Shown: piece after piece, positions 18,951-30,137 of the stretch | Layout: each line of letters begins with the position of its first letter | Position numbering within the stretch: the first letter of the stretch is position 1 | NCBI GenBank assembly: GCA_964202905.1 | Contig: CAXNJO010000003.1 | Coordinates: 128,001 to 192,000, forward strand | DNA length: 64,000 bases | Direction: 5' to 3' | Origin: Polyangiales bacterium | GTDB taxonomy: Bacteria > Myxococcota_A > Polyangia > Polyangiales > JADJQN01 | Made by a program: the position numbers and the translations under genes | The notes under the pieces: generated by a model | Database searches by the model: none | The model's input: the letters and a program-made list of their open reading frames with translations, nothing else | What the model was told of the DNA's origin: nothing

Positions 18951-21824
18951 CTAGAATCCAAAGACCTCGACCTCCGCAATGCTCAGCGCGTTGGTCCCAC
19001 GCAGGCGAACCCTGACATATCGACCTGTTGCGGAACTCACGAAAACGGACGGACGACCAGCGAGCTCCCATTTCCATAAGCAGATGCAGACCACATAACA
19101 CCGTCATTTGAGGTTAGGATATCGAACTTGCTAGCAGCGACAGACGGTCACTCACATCGTTCCGAGCCCAGACATCCACCTTTCCAATGAGACGACTCGA
19201 CCCCAGATCTACCTGCCACCACGGCTGGGGCTCACTGTTCGTCGCTGCAAGTGCGCATGCGCTCGTCGCCCCTGAACGCCGCCCGTGCAGACTGGCGTGT
19301 AAAATCCATCATTCCCGTAGGAGGCAAGAAAGTCTCGCGACCCGTTGTTGTACGTGCTGCTCTGTGTCGCAAGACGCCCGCGTGAAAGGAGAACAAGCGT
19401 TTCTGTTGTACACACCGCACTGCACCCATCGCCACTGACCGCATTCCCGTCGTCGCACGTCTCGCCGCTGCCCACGACGCCATCACCGCAGCGCACGGCG
19501 CAGATACCGGTGTTGCAGCTCTGGCCGGCTCGCGCACGCGTTCGCGGAGAAGCCGAGTCCGTCGGTGTTGCAGACCTGCCGGGCGGTCGTGCTCGCGCAG
19601 ACGGTGGCGGCGCTGCCGGGCGTGCAGAGTGCGCTCGGTGCAGGAGCCGGCGCCGGTGCAGGCGTAGCCGAACGTCGCGGCGCCTGTGCAGGCGGCGGCC
19701 GTGTAGCCGAGGCCGTCGGCGTTGCAGACGCGGCGCGTGTTCGTGTCGAGACACGAGAAGGCACCGGGCGTGCAGACCCACGGTGCGCAGATGCCCGCGG
19801 AGCAGGTGGTGGAGGCACCGCAGGCAGAGTCGGTGTAGCCGAGACCATCGACGTTGCAGACGCGGCGGACTCCGTCGCTCAGGCAGCTCGTGCTGCCGGG
19901 CGTGCAAATCCAGGCGCCGCAGAGGCCCGTCGCGGTGTTGCAGCTCATGCCGCTCGGGCAGGTGCTCGTGGCCGAATAGCTCAGTCCATCGGCGCTGCAC
20001 GTGCGGCTACCCGTCGTGCCGACGCACATCGGCGTGCTGGGCGCGCAGAGGCGCGTCGTGCAGGTGCCCGTGCCCGTGCAGGTCTGCGTGTCGCTGCACG
20101 GCGCCGCGGTGTAGCCGAGCCCGTCGGCGTTGCAGACCTCGCGCCCGCTGAGCCCCGCGGTGGCCGCGCAGCGCGCGCTGCCGGGCGTGCAGATGCGCGG
20201 CAGACACGTGCCGCCGGAGCAGCTCTCGCTGCCCGCGCACGCGACGGTGGAGTAGCCCTGCCCGTCGGCGTTGCAGACCTGCCGCGCGCTCGCGCTCGCG
20301 CAGACGGGGCCGTTGGTGCCGGGGATGCACACGCGCTCGGTGCAGGTGCCCGCGCCGAGGCAGGCGTAGCCGCTCGCGGCGGGGCCGGCGCAGGACGCGG
20401 TCGAGTAGCCGAGTCCATCGCTGTTGCAGCGACGACGCGTGTTCACGTCGGCGCAGGAGAACGTGTCCGGCGTGCACGTCCACGGCGCGCAGAGGCCCGC
20501 CGAGCACGTGGTCGAGGGGCCGCAGGCCGTCTCGGTGTAGCCGAGGCCGTCCATGTTGCAGACGCGGCGGGTGTTGGCGCCGGGCACGCAGCTCACCGTG
20601 CCGGGCGTGCAGACCCAGCCGCTGCACATGCCCGTGCCCGCGTCGCAGCTCGCGCCCGCGCCGCACGCCATCGTCGGCGCGTAGCCGAGGCCGTCGGCGT
20701 TGCAGATGCGCGAGCCCGACGTGCCGTCGCAGCCCGGCGCGCCCGGCGTGCAGATGCGCGCGAGGCAGCTCCCCGCGCTGCACGACTCGGTGCCGGCGCA
20801 CGGCATCGACACGTAGGCGAGGCCCTCGGCGTCGCAGACCTCACGCGCCGTCAGGCCGGCCGACGACGACGCAGCGGCCCGCGCCCGGCGTGCAGATGCG
20901 CGGCAGACACGCGCCGTCGCGGCACCCCTCCGTACCCGCGCACGGCATCGCCTCGAAGCCCGCCCCCCGCGCGTCGCACACCTCGCGCGCGCCCATCGCC
21001 GAGCAGCGCGTCGCCCCGGGCGTGCACACCTGCGGCATGCACACGCCGACGCCGCAGTACTCGCCCGTCGCGCACGGCGTCTCCGTGCGCACGGTGCCCG
21101 TCGCGTCGCAGGAGAAGGCCGTGAAATCGCTCGTACACCCGAGCTCGCCGGCCGTGCACATCACCGCTGCGCACACCGCGGACATGCCATTCACGACGCA
21201 GCGTGCATCCGCCGCGCACGACTCCATCGCTTCCATCGTGCCGTCGGCGTTGCAGCGCAGGACGGTGCGGTTGTCGGCGCTGCACGCCTCTTCGCCCGCG
21301 TCGCAGACGATCGGGTCGATCGGCACGCACTCGAAGCGCATGCACTCGAAGCCACCGCTGCAATCGCGCGTCGTCTCGCACTCGCGCGCGGCGCACACTC
21401 CCGTGTCCATGCGGCAGAACTCGTCGGCGTCGCAGGCCGAATCTTCGCGGCAATAGAAGGTGCAGGCGTTGGCGCTGCACTGCTCGTTGCGGCCGCAGTC
21501 GGCGTCGGCGCTGCATTGCACGCAGTAGTCGAGCGTCGCGTCGCAGACGCCGAGCGGCGATTCGCAGTCGCCGTTGCTCGCGCAGGTCGTGCGGCAGAAG
21601 CCGTCGCGACACACCTCGCCGCCGCCGCAGTCGCGGTTGCTGGTGCAAGCGGTCAACGAAATCCCCGCGTCGCGGCCCGCGTCGACGGCGCCCGCGTCGG
21701 GCGTCATCGCGGGCGCATCGTCACCGCACGCGGTGACGAGCGCGAGGAAGGCAGCAATTACCCCCCCCCCACAAATCGCGAAATTACAACGTTTTTCGGC
21801 ATCTTGCGCATCTCGGACTCCCAT
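18951..21824 (-). CDS. Cys-rich surface lipoprotein (paralog 3) with F5/8-discoidin/F-type-lectin-like tip; several frameshifts
   Basis: Lipobox LVTAC; CTPG..CNADG stalk; CAVRCGDGVVGSGETCDDGNAVSGDGC; tip LSRGRLATQSST...NDG...PWWQVDLG...GRYVRVRLRGTNALSIAEVEVFGF* (read manually across frames). Confidence 0.82.
19886..20266. repeat. ~380-bp near-identical repeat (copy B)
   Basis: Matches 10636-11016. Confidence 0.9.
21761..21770 (-). repeat. G10 homopolymer inside the signal-peptide coding region of paralog 3
   Basis: C10 on the + strand, encoding ICGGGVIAA; the longest homopolymer noticed in the window. Confidence 0.85.
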
Positions 21825-21967
21825 GTTCGGTGACGCGCCGCAGAGCGTGCGCGTGGCATCGAACGGGATGGTGCCGTCATTCGCGATGGCGGTGCAAGGG
21901 CGAAGACTGGGACGCGGCGCCAGGAGCGGTGCCGCGTACGGTTCGCCCCTGCGCTCCGCGCAGAGAC

Positions 21968-22435
21968 TCAGCGCGTGTCGACGTGCACCGCATGCGGATG
22001 AAACACGAGCTCCGCGAGGCCGCCCGCCGGGACGTGGACGACGGCGTTTTGCTCGTGCGTGACGAGGAGTTCGTCGAGGGTCGCGCGATCGGCGTCGAGG
22101 ACGGCGAGGCTCGGCTCGGGATCCCACGACGGGTCATTTCCTCGCCCAAGGGCGTTGAGTGACTTCAATCCGCGTGTCGCAAGATCGGATTTCAGCGTGG
22201 CATTTCGTGATCGATTGCCAGCATCGGATTGCGGCACCGAAAACGGATTCCACGCCGTGACGACCGACACCGAATGGCCTGCTCCGATTTCCGATTGCAG
22301 CGCTTCGGGGAGCGGTTGGCCGATGCGGACGACGGCCGTGAGGCCGCTCGCCCCATGCACTTCGTAGTTCGTCGAGGTGTAGGCTGCGATTTGCTCTCGG
22401 GTGATGCGCACGGGCTTCGGGGAATCGTTCGACAT
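21968..22435 (-). CDS. DUF3293-family protein
   Basis: AYTSTNY...VTAWNPFS...N...GRG.DPSW.PEPS...EQNAV pattern. Confidence 0.75.
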   Translation of the reverse strand: MSNDSPKPVRITREQIAAYTSTNYEVHGASGLTAVVRIGQPLPEALQSEIGAGHSVSVVTAWNPFSVPQSDAGNRSRNATLKSDLATRGLKSLNALGRGNDPSWDPEPSLAVLDADRATLDELLVTHEQNAVVHVPAGGLAELVFHPHAVHVDTR

Positions 22436-22557
22436 GGTGGGCACTCCGTGGGGTGACGCAGCGGGGCGAGGGTGTCCTGCAGAGTGGGGATTTGCACGCC
22501 TCCGGTGCGCGCAACGCGCCGTGCGCCGGCATCCGCGCGTTCGTCTATGCTCGGCCC

Positions 22558-23303
22558 ATGAGCGGAGAGGGCAGTTCGTTCGTGCCGTCGTCGTGGGCGC
22601 TGCCCGACGCGCTCACGCGGCGCCTCGGGGCGAGCGCGGGGCGGCAGCGGCTCATGGTCGAAGACGGCCATGTGCTGCTCGTGCTGCATCGCGCGCCGAC
22701 GCCGGACGACGATGCGGTGCGCACGCCTGCGCTCTTCTGGCGCACGCCGGAGGGACACTGGCAGAGCGCGCCGGAGCCGGGCGGGCTCGAGGCGCTCGCG
22801 CGGCACGTGCAGGCCTACGCGCAGAGCGCGCACGCGCTCGACGCGCGCGTCGAGGCGGCGACGCACGCCGGCCGACTACTTCGGCGTGATGCGCTGGGTG
22901 CACCCGCTGCTGCGCTCGAGCCGGCACATGCAGGCGGTGTTGCAGGGCGCGCGCGACGCGCTGCCGGACGAGCGGCGCCTGCTCGACGCACGCGACGCCA
23001 CCGTCGAGGTCGAGCGCGCGGTCGATCTCGTCGCGGCCGATGCGCGCGCGGGCATGGATTTCACGCTCGCGCGGAGCAGCCGAGGAACAAGCCCGCTTCG
23101 CGCACGAGGCGGCGCTCGAGGCGCGCACTCTGAATCGCTTGGTCGCCTTCTTCTTCCCGCTCGCGACGCTCGTCGCCGTCTTCGGCATGAACCCGCCGGA
23201 GAGCGTGCTCGCGCTGCCGACGTTCTGGCCGATCGTCGGTGGCGGTGCGCTCGCGGGGCTCTGCGTGCTCGCGCTCGTCGTCACGTGGCGGCGGCGTCGC
23301 TGA
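22558..23303 (+). CDS. CorA-like membrane protein, two frameshifts
   Basis: GRQRLMVEDGHVLLVLH N-part; C-terminal LNRLVAFFFPLATLVAVFGMN (CorA GMN motif) plus a second TM. Confidence 0.65.
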
Positions 23304-23346
23304 GTCGCATTCGCGTACGGACGGGAATCGGTGCGGCGCCTGCGGG

Positions 23347-24294
23347 CTACGCGCGCAGCGCGTGGAGCGCCGCCATGAAGTCCTCGGGCGGGTCGCTGTC
23401 GAGGCGCAGCGGCTCCTCGGTGCGCGGGTGCACGAAACCGAGCGTCGCCGCGTGCAGCATCGGGCGCGGGGCCTCGACGCGGTCGCCGCCGTACTCCCGC
23501 ACGTAGACGGGCTCACCGACGAGCATGTGCCCGGCCTCGGCGAGGTGGATGCGGATCTGGTGCTGTCGGCCCGTCTCGAGGCGGCACTCGACGAGCGTCG
23601 CGCCACGCAGCCGCTCGATGGGCTGGACGTGCGTGACGGCGTGCTGCGCGTCGGGGGGCGGCGTCTTCGCGCCCGGGCGGCGGAAGAAGCCCCACGAGCC
23701 GCGCAGGCCGTCGCCGCGGTCGCGGATGAGGTCGCTCTCGAAGGTGCGTCCGCGCGAGAGCACGCCGTGCGCGAGGGCGACGTAGCGGCGCTCGATCGAG
23801 TGCGCGCGGAACTGCTGCTGGAGGTGCTTCTTCGCGGCGACGGTGCGCGTGAAGACGATCAGCCCGGTGGTGTCCTTGTCGAGCCGCTGCACGACGCCGA
23901 GCTGCGGGTCGTAGCCGCCGCCGCCGCGCCGCAAGGCCGCGCGCGTGCGGTCGACGAGCGTGTCCTTGTCGCCCGGATCGAAGGGCACGGAGATGAGGCC
24001 CGCGGGCTTCTCGACGACGACGACGTCGCGGTCGACGAAGACGATCTCGTCGCGCGAGAGGGTCCCGCCGCGGCGACGCGGGGCGCGCTCGTCGACGGTG
24101 ACGGTCATGCCCTCGGCGACGCGCGCGCCGGGATCCGTCGCGGGGTGGCCCTCGACCGAGACGCGCCCGCTCTCGCAGAGCGCCTTGGCGCGGGTCCACG
24201 GCAAGGAGAGCGCCTCGCGCACGACCGCGCTGACGGTGCGCCCGGACTGCGCGGCGCTGACGACGACCTCGGCGGTGGGGTTCGGGGAGGCCAC
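23347..24294 (-). CDS. RluA/RluD-family pseudouridine synthase with S4-like N-terminus
   Basis: VVEKPAGLIS, QRLDKDTTGL, LETGRQHQIRIHLA, PMLHAATLGFVHP. Confidence 0.92.
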   Translation of the reverse strand: MASPNPTAEVVVSAAQSGRTVSAVVREALSLPWTRAKALCESGRVSVEGHPATDPGARVAEGMTVTVDERAPRRRGGTLSRDEIVFVDRDVVVVEKPAGLISVPFDPGDKDTLVDRTRAALRRGGGGYDPQLGVVQRLDKDTTGLIVFTRTVAAKKHLQQQFRAHSIERRYVALAHGVLSRGRTFESDLIRDRGDGLRGSWGFFRRPGAKTPPPDAQHAVTHVQPIERLRGATLVECRLETGRQHQIRIHLAEAGHMLVGEPVYVREYGGDRVEAPRPMLHAATLGFVHPRTEEPLRLDSDPPEDFMAALHALRA

Positions 24295-24296
24295 GC

Positions 24297-25955
24297 TCAA
24301 TCTCCCTGCATCAGGCCGCGGATGCGTCCATCGGGCTCGATGCGGACGCGCACCGCCGCGGGCTCGCGGGGCAGGCCCGGCATCGTCATCAGCTCGCCCA
24401 TGAGCGCGACGACGAAGCCCGCGCCGGCGCTCAGGCGCACCTCGCGCACCGTCACGACGAAGCCGCTCGGGCGGTTGATCTTCTTCGGGTCGTCGGAGAG
24501 CGAGAGGTGCGTCTTCGCGACGCAGACGGGCAGATCCGCGTAGCCCCACGCGGCGAAGCGCTCGAGATCCTTCTTCGCGCCGGGCGAGAGGATGACGTCG
24601 TCGGCGCCGTAGATCGTGCGCGCGATCGCGCGCAGCTTCTCGAGGTAGGGCACGTCGAGCGGGTACGTGAAGCGCGGCTCGGGGGGGCGGGCGTCGGTGC
24701 CGTCGACGAGCTCGGCGACCGTTCGCGCCAACTCGAGGGCGCCCTCGCCGCCTTCGGCGAACGCGTGCGAGCGCGCCATGCGGACGCCGCGCGAGGCGCA
24801 GTGCCGCGCGAGCAGGCGGAGCTCGTCCTCCGGGTCGTCGGCGAAGACGTTGACCGCGACGACGGGCTCGAGGCCGAAGGAGCGCACGCTCTCGAGGTGC
24901 TTGTCGAGCTGCGGGAGGCCCGCCTCGAGCGCGGCGAGGTCGGGCTGCCGACACGAGGCCGCGGGCTTGCCGCCGTGGGATTTGAGCGCGCGCAGCGTCG
25001 CGACGAGCACGACGGCGCGCGGCCAGATGCCCGCGCTGCGGCACTTGATGTCGAGGAACTTCTCGGCGCCGAGATCGAAGCCGAAGCCCGCCTCCGTCAC
25101 GACGTAGTCGCCGTAGTGCATGCCCATGCGCGTCGAGAGGACGCTCGAGCAGCCGTGCGCGATGTTGGCGAAGGGGCCGCCGTGCACGAAGGCGGGGCCG
25201 CCCTCGGTCGTCTGCACGAGGTTCGGGCGGAGCGCCTCGCGGAGGAGCGCCGCCATCGCTGCGCCGCCCGCGACCGCGCGCGCGGAGACGGGTGCGTCGG
25301 CGCGCGTGGTGCCGACGACGATGCGGTCGAGGCGCGCCTCGAGGTCGGCGAGATCCTTCGCGAGGCAGAGCACGGCCATCACCTCGCTCGCCGCGGTGAT
25401 GTCGAAGCCGCTCTGGCGCGGGACGCCGCCGGTGCGCCCGCCGAGGCCGACGAGCACCTCGCGCAGGCTGCGATCGTTCATGTCGAGGCAGCGGCGCCAG
25501 GAGACGCGGCGCGGGTCGAGGCCGCTCGCGCCCTCGAAGTGAAGGTCGTTGTCCACGAGCGCGGCGAGCAGGTTGTTGGCCGCGGTGATCGCGTGCAGAT
25601 CGCCCGTGAAATGCAGGTTGATCACGTCGCTCGGGACGACCTGCGCGCGCCCGCCGCCGGTGCCGCCGCCCTTCACGCCGAAGACCGGCCCCAGCGACGG
25701 CTCACGGAGGCAGAGCGCGACCTTCTTGCCGAGCTTGCGCAGGCCCATCGCGAGCGCGCAGGAGATGGTCGTCTTGCCTTCACCCGCGGGCGTCGGCGTG
25801 ATCGCCGAGACGAGGATGAGGCGCCCGGCGCCGGTGCGCGGACGGTCGAGCGCGCCGAGCTCGACCTTCGCCATGTGGCGGCCGTGATGGAAGAGGTCGT
25901 CGCCGTGAAGGCCAAGCTCCGCGGCGACGTCGTCGATCGGGCGCAGGGTCGTCAT
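24297..25955 (-). CDS. fhs: Formate--tetrahydrofolate ligase
   Basis: ITPTPAGEGKTT, INLHFTGDLHAIT, HGGPFANIAHG, TEAGFG, CVAKT, MTMPGLP. Confidence 0.97.
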   Translation of the reverse strand: MTTLRPIDDVAAELGLHGDDLFHHGRHMAKVELGALDRPRTGAGRLILVSAITPTPAGEGKTTISCALAMGLRKLGKKVALCLREPSLGPVFGVKGGGTGGGRAQVVPSDVINLHFTGDLHAITAANNLLAALVDNDLHFEGASGLDPRRVSWRRCLDMNDRSLREVLVGLGGRTGGVPRQSGFDITAASEVMAVLCLAKDLADLEARLDRIVVGTTRADAPVSARAVAGGAAMAALLREALRPNLVQTTEGGPAFVHGGPFANIAHGCSSVLSTRMGMHYGDYVVTEAGFGFDLGAEKFLDIKCRSAGIWPRAVVLVATLRALKSHGGKPAASCRQPDLAALEAGLPQLDKHLESVRSFGLEPVVAVNVFADDPEDELRLLARHCASRGVRMARSHAFAEGGEGALELARTVAELVDGTDARPPEPRFTYPLDVPYLEKLRAIARTIYGADDVILSPGAKKDLERFAAWGYADLPVCVAKTHLSLSDDPKKINRPSGFVVTVREVRLSAGAGFVVALMGELMTMPGLPREPAAVRVRIEPDGRIRGLMQGD

Positions 25956-26015
25956 GAGCGCGCACTCTATCAGAGCGCGCCCGCCGTGATCGCGGCGCCG
26001 ACGTCGCGGGCGCCG

Positions 26016-28045
26016 TCAGGGGCGCGGCGTGAGGTGATCCGTCGCGAGGCGCGTCGCGAAGCCGAGCACGTCGCGCGCGCCGTCGGAGCCGACGTAGAGC
26101 ATCTCGACCTCGGCGCGGCGCGTGACGACGGCCGGATCGCGCACCGAGAGGGCGTCGAAGCCGGACGCGTCGCCGGTGAGGATCGTCGGCGCGGGTGCGC
26201 GGCGCCAGAGCGAGAGGTCGGAGAGATCCGTCGCCATCAGGCCGATCGCCCAGCGCGCGCCGCTCCGCCCCGCGAAGGCGACCTGCACGCTGCCGTTGTG
26301 CCGGTACGCGCTCGGCGCGGCGACCTCGTCGCGATCGAAGGCGCCGAAATCGGGCTGCGTCGTGCGCACCGTGGCGAGATCCCAGTTTTCCGGGGGGATG
26401 GGGGCACCACCCGCGTCGAGGACGAGTCGGACGATGCGCGTGCCACCGCCCACCAAGTGCGCGCGTGCGAAGAGGTACGTGAGGCCGCTCGTGCCCTCGG
26501 CGGGGCGCAGCACGCTCGGCCCGTCGAGCGCGGTGAGGAGTTCCTCGCCGACGATTGCAGGGTCGGCCCAGCGCTCGGTGGTCACGGAGGGTGTGCCGTC
26601 CGTCGCGAGGCGGATCCGATCGATCGCGCCCGTCGTGCGGTTCGCGACGTAGAGGGTGTAGCCGTCGGCAACGCGGTCCGGGCAAGACGATCGAGGTGCA
26701 GGTCCGGGTCGCCGTACTCGGTGTCCTCCGCAGCGAGGCCCGGACCGTCCGTGGGGAGCATGACGCCCGGCATGAGGCGCTCTCCGGGCAGCACGCGCAG
26801 CGCGATCGCGCCGCCCTCTTCCCACGCGAGGAGCGTCTGCCCGTTTCCGGACGCCACGGTGGGCGCGGACGGCGCGGACGGCGCGGTGGCCGTCGTCGCG
26901 AGCTCGGACCGCGCGAGCCAGCGCGAGGGGGCGTCGCAGAGCGACGACGACACCACCACGTCGCGCGCCTCCGAGGTGCTGCCGCCCTCGGAGACGTTCA
27001 TGCCGCGGCCGTAGATCGCGAGCTGCAATGGATCCGCGCGCGGCGTGATGCGGCCCGTGAGCGTGCCGAGCGGGACGTCGTCCGCCGCGTTGCGCACGTC
27101 GAGCTGGACGGCGCCGGTGGGGAGCACGGCCAGGACCACACGCACGTCGCCGACGGTGCCGAGCGGCAAGCGCTGCGCGATCTCCCCCGCGAGCACGAGC
27201 GCGACCTCCGCGCGGGCCGCGCTCACGACCACGCCCGCCACGGGGCGCACCGAACCTGTGGGCCCGGGGACGCCGCCCGCCACCAGCCCGAGCCCCACGC
27301 TCTCGTAGCAGCCCGCCCCGCAGGCCCCGACCGGGGTCGAGAGCTCCCCGCGGACGACCAGGGCGCGGCCCGCGTCGAGCGGCTTCACGAAGAGGGCGCC
27401 GCTGTCGCCGACGGCGTCGCCGAGCGGGCGGATCGCGCCGCGCGACACCTCGGGCAGCGGCGCGCCGAATCCGACGATCTCGCCCGCCGCGGTGCAGTCC
27501 GCGAGCGTGCCCGTGCAGCCCGCGGCCCGGAGCGTCGCGACCATCTCCTCCGCGCCGCAGCACCCCAGGGAGGTCGCGCCGACGCAGCACGAAGGGAGTC
27601 GCGCGCAGCCGGGGTCCCCGCAGTCGAAGACGCCGTCGAGGTTGTTGTCCTGGCCGTCGTAGCAACTCGCGCGCTCGACATCCGACGCCGCGAGTGCGTC
27701 GGCGCGCGTCGCGATCCCCTCACTGCGCAGATCCGGCCCCGAGTCCGTGCTCGCGTCGGGGGGGCAACCGATGCAAGGGGGCGGCCCCCGCCCGCCGGCC
27801 TCAGGATTCGCGCCCGCGTCCTCGAACGGCGGGCCGACGACGGGGCCCGCGTCGTCCATGGCCGCACAACCCGAGGCGAGCGCGGCGATCAGCCCGAGGG
27901 AGACGGCGAATCCCCCGGCGCTGGCACGGAGTGGCGCAGTCGCGGCGGAGCGCCCGACGTCCATGCCCCGCTTGCTGCCCGTCCCGCTGCCGGCGCTCGC
28001 CGCGTCGCCGCGTGTCTCACGGCGTCGATCCGCATGATCTTTCAT
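26016..28045 (-). CDS. Cys-motif lipoprotein with C-terminal glycoside-hydrolase-like beta-propeller; frameshift near 26680
   Basis: Lipobox LASGC; CYDGQDNNLDGVFDCGDPGC; blade-like FDRDEVAAPS, WAIGL, FDALSVRDPAV..MLYVG. Start may be 27964. Confidence 0.6.
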
Positions 28046-30137
28046 GGATTTCCCCACCAGCGCGGCTCGAGCGTCTGCCCGAGCGGGACGAACTGCCAAT
28101 CGGTACCGCCAGCCGGGTCATCCACGCGCCGTGCCAAGAGGAGGACGACCTCGGTCGCGCCGGGGACGCGGCCGACGGCGACGTCCTCGAGCGCGCAGGT
28201 GCCGGGGCAGGCGCCCAGCGCGGGCGAGGCGCCGTCGAGCAGCGGGCTCGTGGGGTCGGGCCGGAGGACCGGGAGCGCAGCCTGGGACGCATCCTCAGGC
28301 GGAGTGGAACCGAGCGTGCGCTGGCCCTCCGCCAGGCCGAGCGTGCGCCGACCGTCGGCGCCCGTCGCGACGAACCAGAGCCGCACGGCGAGCGTCGGGG
28401 CGCCACCGTCCACGCCCAGGCGGATGCGCACGAGGGGCGCCGCGCCGCGCACGCCCTGCGCGGCATAGGCGCCGATCGACGGGCCGAGGACCTCGACGTC
28501 GGCGCCCGCGACGCACACTCCGGATACGCCGTCCCATGGACAGCCGCAGCGTTGCACGGCGCGGATCGTGGCGGGCGGCCCGATGGGCGGCTCACACGTG
28601 TAGAAGAGCCAGAGTCCAGCGCTCGGATCGAGGTCGGCCTGCGCGAGCGCGGGATCGCGGACGGAGACGCAATCGACATTGGGTGAGACGAGCACGCGCA
28701 CCGTCGACGGCGTCGGGCCCGGTGACCCGTCGGCCGCGGTCGGGGCGTATCGACGTAGGCGATCTCGAACGCACCGCCGCTGGTCTCGCGCGCGAAGGCG
28801 AGGAGGAACACCGTCTCGGCACCGAGGGACCCGCCGCTGAAGTCCGCGCTCGCCGTCGGTTCGCGCACGCTGGCGCGACGTGCAGCCCGTCGCGGTGCAA
28901 GACGGCGGCGTCGCACCCAGGTAGGCAGGGGGCGCGCGCGCCCCCGAGAAATCCGCGGCCGCGACATCCAAGGCACCCCGAAGTTCGCGGCATCCGCTGC
29001 GCCGATGGCGAAATCGATGGGCGCGACGCGCTCGAGGTCGCGCTCGACGTCCGACGCGTCGTAGAAGAGATATTCGGTGTCGCCGTCGCGGAGCAGCGCC
29101 GGCGCGCCGAGGCCGCCGGCGTTCCAGCGCGACTCGCCGGGCAGCACCGCGGCCGTGATCGCGCCGCCCGCAGACGTGAAGACGACGGGGTTCACGCACG
29201 CGAGCGGCGACGCCCGGAGGGGCCTGATCGCCACCGCCGCGCCGCGCCCCTCGACCGCGATGCGCAGGCCGCCCACCGTCTCCGCGCTCGCCATGTCGAC
29301 GAGGCACGAGCGCAGATTCGCCTGCGTGACGAACGCCGCATCCGCGACGACCAGCGTCTCGGCCCGGGCGGAGCCCGTGAGGACGCGCGCCGACAACGCG
29401 GGCACACCGTCGCGCGCGCCCGGCGAGACCTCGACGACCACGCGTCCCCCAGCGCCGATGGGCACCGGCGCGGCGATCAGCGACGTCGCGCCGCTCGTGA
29501 CGCGCAAGAGGCCGTCACCGCCCACAGCCACGCGCAGATCGGCGGCGAGGGCGCGGCCCGACGCGGGCCCCTCGGCCCCGGTGAGCACGACGGCCGCCTC
29601 GTCGCCGCACGCGCCGGCGTCGGCATCCACGCAGGGCGTCACGCCGAACGCGACCTCGATGCGCGCCCCGAACACGAGCGGCAGGCAGCGCTCGAGCGCG
29701 TCGCTCGGCATGAGCGAGCGGAGCACGCCGTCGGCGCCGAAGACGAGCTCCCCCCCCGCGACGCCCACGCCGCCGAGATCGGTGGGGGTCCGCCAGGCGC
29801 TCACCGAACCCCAGTTTTCGTAGAGTCGCGGCGCGGCAGTCCCCACGTCGCAGCACGCCGCGTTGCGGGCGCAGTCGAGATCCGCACAGTCGACGGCCTC
29901 ATCGCAGTCGTCGTCCGTCGTCGGTCCGTTGAAACAGATCTCCCGCGTGCGGCAGCTCGGCCCGGCGTCGGTGCCGGCGTCGCCGCCCGCGTCGGGGCTG
30001 GTCTCATCATCGGCGTCCGCGAGGCCGCCATCGACGGGCGTCGCGGGCAGCGGGTCGGGCGCGTTGAGCAGCGTGCACGCCGGGAGCGCGAGCAGCGCCA
30101 CCGCGAGCAGAGGCGCGAAATCAGGGCGTCCACGCAT
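28042..30137 (-). CDS. Paralogous Cys-motif lipoprotein with propeller-like C-terminus; frameshifted
   Basis: MRGRPDFAPLLAVALLALPAC lipobox; REICFNG..DDDCDEAVDCADLDC; LGAPALL..YLFY, SVREPT, SVRDPAL..LWLFY; ends PRWWGNP*. Confidence 0.6.

Noticed and set aside
7083..20266. Diversity-generating retroelement (TR/VR pairs)
   Set aside because: No reverse transcriptase in the window, and the repeat pairs are near-identical rather than showing many adenine-specific mismatches.
5250..21824. Shufflon or integron cassette array
   Set aside because: All repeats are direct, there is no tyrosine or serine recombinase, and no recurrent attC-like sites were seen between genes.
5250..21824. Polymorphic toxin-immunity locus
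   Set aside because: The tips look like binding folds rather than toxins, and no small immunity genes follow them.
25956..26015. Riboswitch upstream of fhs
   Set aside because: Only 60 bp of intergenic space with a small hairpin; no THF or ZTP riboswitch consensus recognised.
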